Source: Nostoc sp. NMS2
GTDB taxonomy: Bacteria; Cyanobacteriota; Cyanobacteriia; Cyanobacteriales; Nostocaceae
Assembly: GCF_017115105.1 (NCBI RefSeq)
Contig: NZ_JABXKH010000156.1
Location: 1 to 48,000, forward strand
Length of the DNA stretch: 48,000 nucleotides
Direction of reading: 5' to 3'
The position numbers and the translations under genes are program-made. This document shows, piece after piece, positions 46,954 through 48,000 of this stretch (the first letter of the stretch is position 1; every line of letters begins with the position of its first letter). The notes beneath the pieces are model-generated. The model was not told the origin of the DNA. It worked only from the letters and a program-made list of their open reading frames with translations, and did not search any database.

Positions 46954-48000
46954 TCAAATTTCTGATTCAGATTCTCTAACTGCTAAACTTACAGGGTTTA
47001 ATTTTTTAGCAGATGAATCTAAAACTGGTTGCTGTATATTAGCTATTTCGCCGACAGTAAGTGTGTCGTTTTTCGCTGCTAAAGCATCACGTTGGTTAAT
47101 GAGATAGATGCTAATTAAAGTGAGGAAAACACCTACCCACTGTACCGGACTGAGGATTTCTGAGAGAAAGAGATTGCCGAATAGTAGGGCAAAGACGGGC
47201 GTAAGGAAGGTAAGAGAACTAAGACTAGTGAGACTGCCACTAGAGGCAAAGTAGAAGAATAACCCGTAGGCGATCGCACTGCCAAAGACAGTAGCATAAC
47301 TCAAAGCCACTAAATCAGATCCTCCGAGATTTTCCCACTGCTGAGATTCGACAACTGATGATATTCCCCATAGTGGCAATCCCCCTAAAATCATGTGCCA
47401 TCCCGTAGCGGTTACTGGGTCAGCATGTTTACACACAAACCGAATCAACACTGTTCCCACAGCCATTGATAAGGCTGCCAATAGCATCAACCACTCGCCG
47501 CTAGCAAACAAATCTTGCCAGTTGCCAATTGTGATATTTGCGCCTGAGTCGAGAATGTGTAAAATCCACTCATCAGGTAAGCCAATTAAACTAATACCTG
47601 TGACTCCCAAACCTAACCCCAGCCATCCCCAAAAACCAATGTGTTCTTGGAATAGCCACAACGACAGCAATGCTACAGCCAAGGGTTGCGAGTCAATCAT
47701 CACAGACCCTAACCCCGCACTGGTTCTGACTAATCCCTCAGCCAAAAAGCCTTGAAATAACGTCCCATCTATTAGAGCAAATAAGGCAATCCACAGCCAT
47801 GCAGCCCAACCCTTCGGTTGTGGTTTACCCATGAATGCTGCTGCTATTAAAATTAACACCCCAGCTGGTATCAGGCGCACTCCCGCCATGAATAGCGGTG
47901 TGGTGTGGGGTATCACTCCTTTCATGGCTACCATTGCCGTCCCCCATAGGAAAAAGGGGGCAATTAACAAAAGAGGGGCGAAGGGAAGTCGAGATGCACT
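46954..48000 (-). CDS. EamA/DMT-family transporter, 5' end beyond the window
   Basis: About 10 hydrophobic helices and a duplicated EamA-like organisation (APFFLWGTAMVAMK near the N-terminus). The frame stays open from 47970 to the window end (..SASRLPFAPL LLIAPFF..), so the TTG at 47970 is probably not the true start. Confidence 0.85.
   Translation of the reverse strand, partial: SASRLPFAPLLLIAPFFLWGTAMVAMKGVIPHTTPLFMAGVRLIPAGVLILIAAAFMGKPQPKGWAAWLWIALFALIDGTLFQGFLAEGLVRTSAGLGSVMIDSQPLAVALLSLWLFQEHIGFWGWLGLGLGVTGISLIGLPDEWILHILDSGANITIGNWQDLFASGEWLMLLAALSMAVGTVLIRFVCKHADPVTATGWHMILGGLPLWGISSVVESQQWENLGGSDLVALSYATVFGSAIAYGLFFYFASSGSLTSLSSLTFLTPVFALLFGNLFLSEILSPVQWVGVFLTLISIYLINQRDALAAKNDTLTVGEIANIQQPVLDSSAKKLNPVSLAVRESESEI

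Noticed and set aside
47393-47755. 120-aa plus-strand ORF antisense to the EamA transporter gene
   Set aside because: It is fully nested antisense in a gene with a consistent transmembrane pattern. Its composition is the mirror image of the hydrophobic codons.

Overview
This 48-kb window comes from a filamentous Nostoc/Anabaena-type cyanobacterium. I infer that from the many HIP1 GCGATCGC sites, AATTACG heptamer arrays, DevBCA-type exporter genes and dense small dispersed repeats. The main feature is a ~28-kb, nine-gene biosynthetic cluster on the minus strand (4297-32391). It contains a 3441-aa FAAL-ACP-KS-AT-ACP-aminotransferase-C-A-T megasynthase and a C-A-T-E NRPS. A third NRPS is C-C*-A-T-TE, and its second condensation-like domain reads HQxxxDG instead of HHxxxDG. 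The cluster also has a tightly coupled MFS exporter, an SbnA/SbnB pair for L-2,3-diaminopropionate, and a DevB/DevC/DevA-type tripartite ABC exporter. The predicted product is a beta-amino-fatty-acyl tripeptide with basic (diamino-acid type) residues and one D-residue. I cannot match it to a characterised pathway from memory. The left flank (148-3756, plus strand) holds a CmcJ-like oxygenase, a catalytically dead HtrA-like protein, an intact HtrA-like protease and a translationally coupled LuxR-type regulator with a degenerate receiver. A Tn3-family transposase remnant sits at the cluster edge. The right part (33-48 kb) carries ordinary genes: a hypothetical membrane protein, GNAT, class-IV aminotransferase, FtsH, a Prx-Grx hybrid, an alpha/beta-fold protein, an SDR, glutathione peroxidase, an Amt ammonium transporter, DUF2141, a PG-binding/HEAT protein and a partial EamA transporter. 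These are separated by repeat-rich spacers. The spacers include two inverted copies of a MITE-like element, one of which carries a nested insertion with a 10-bp target-site duplication. I recognised no rRNA, tRNA or CRISPR array. All family assignments come from motif recognition by eye; no database search was run.
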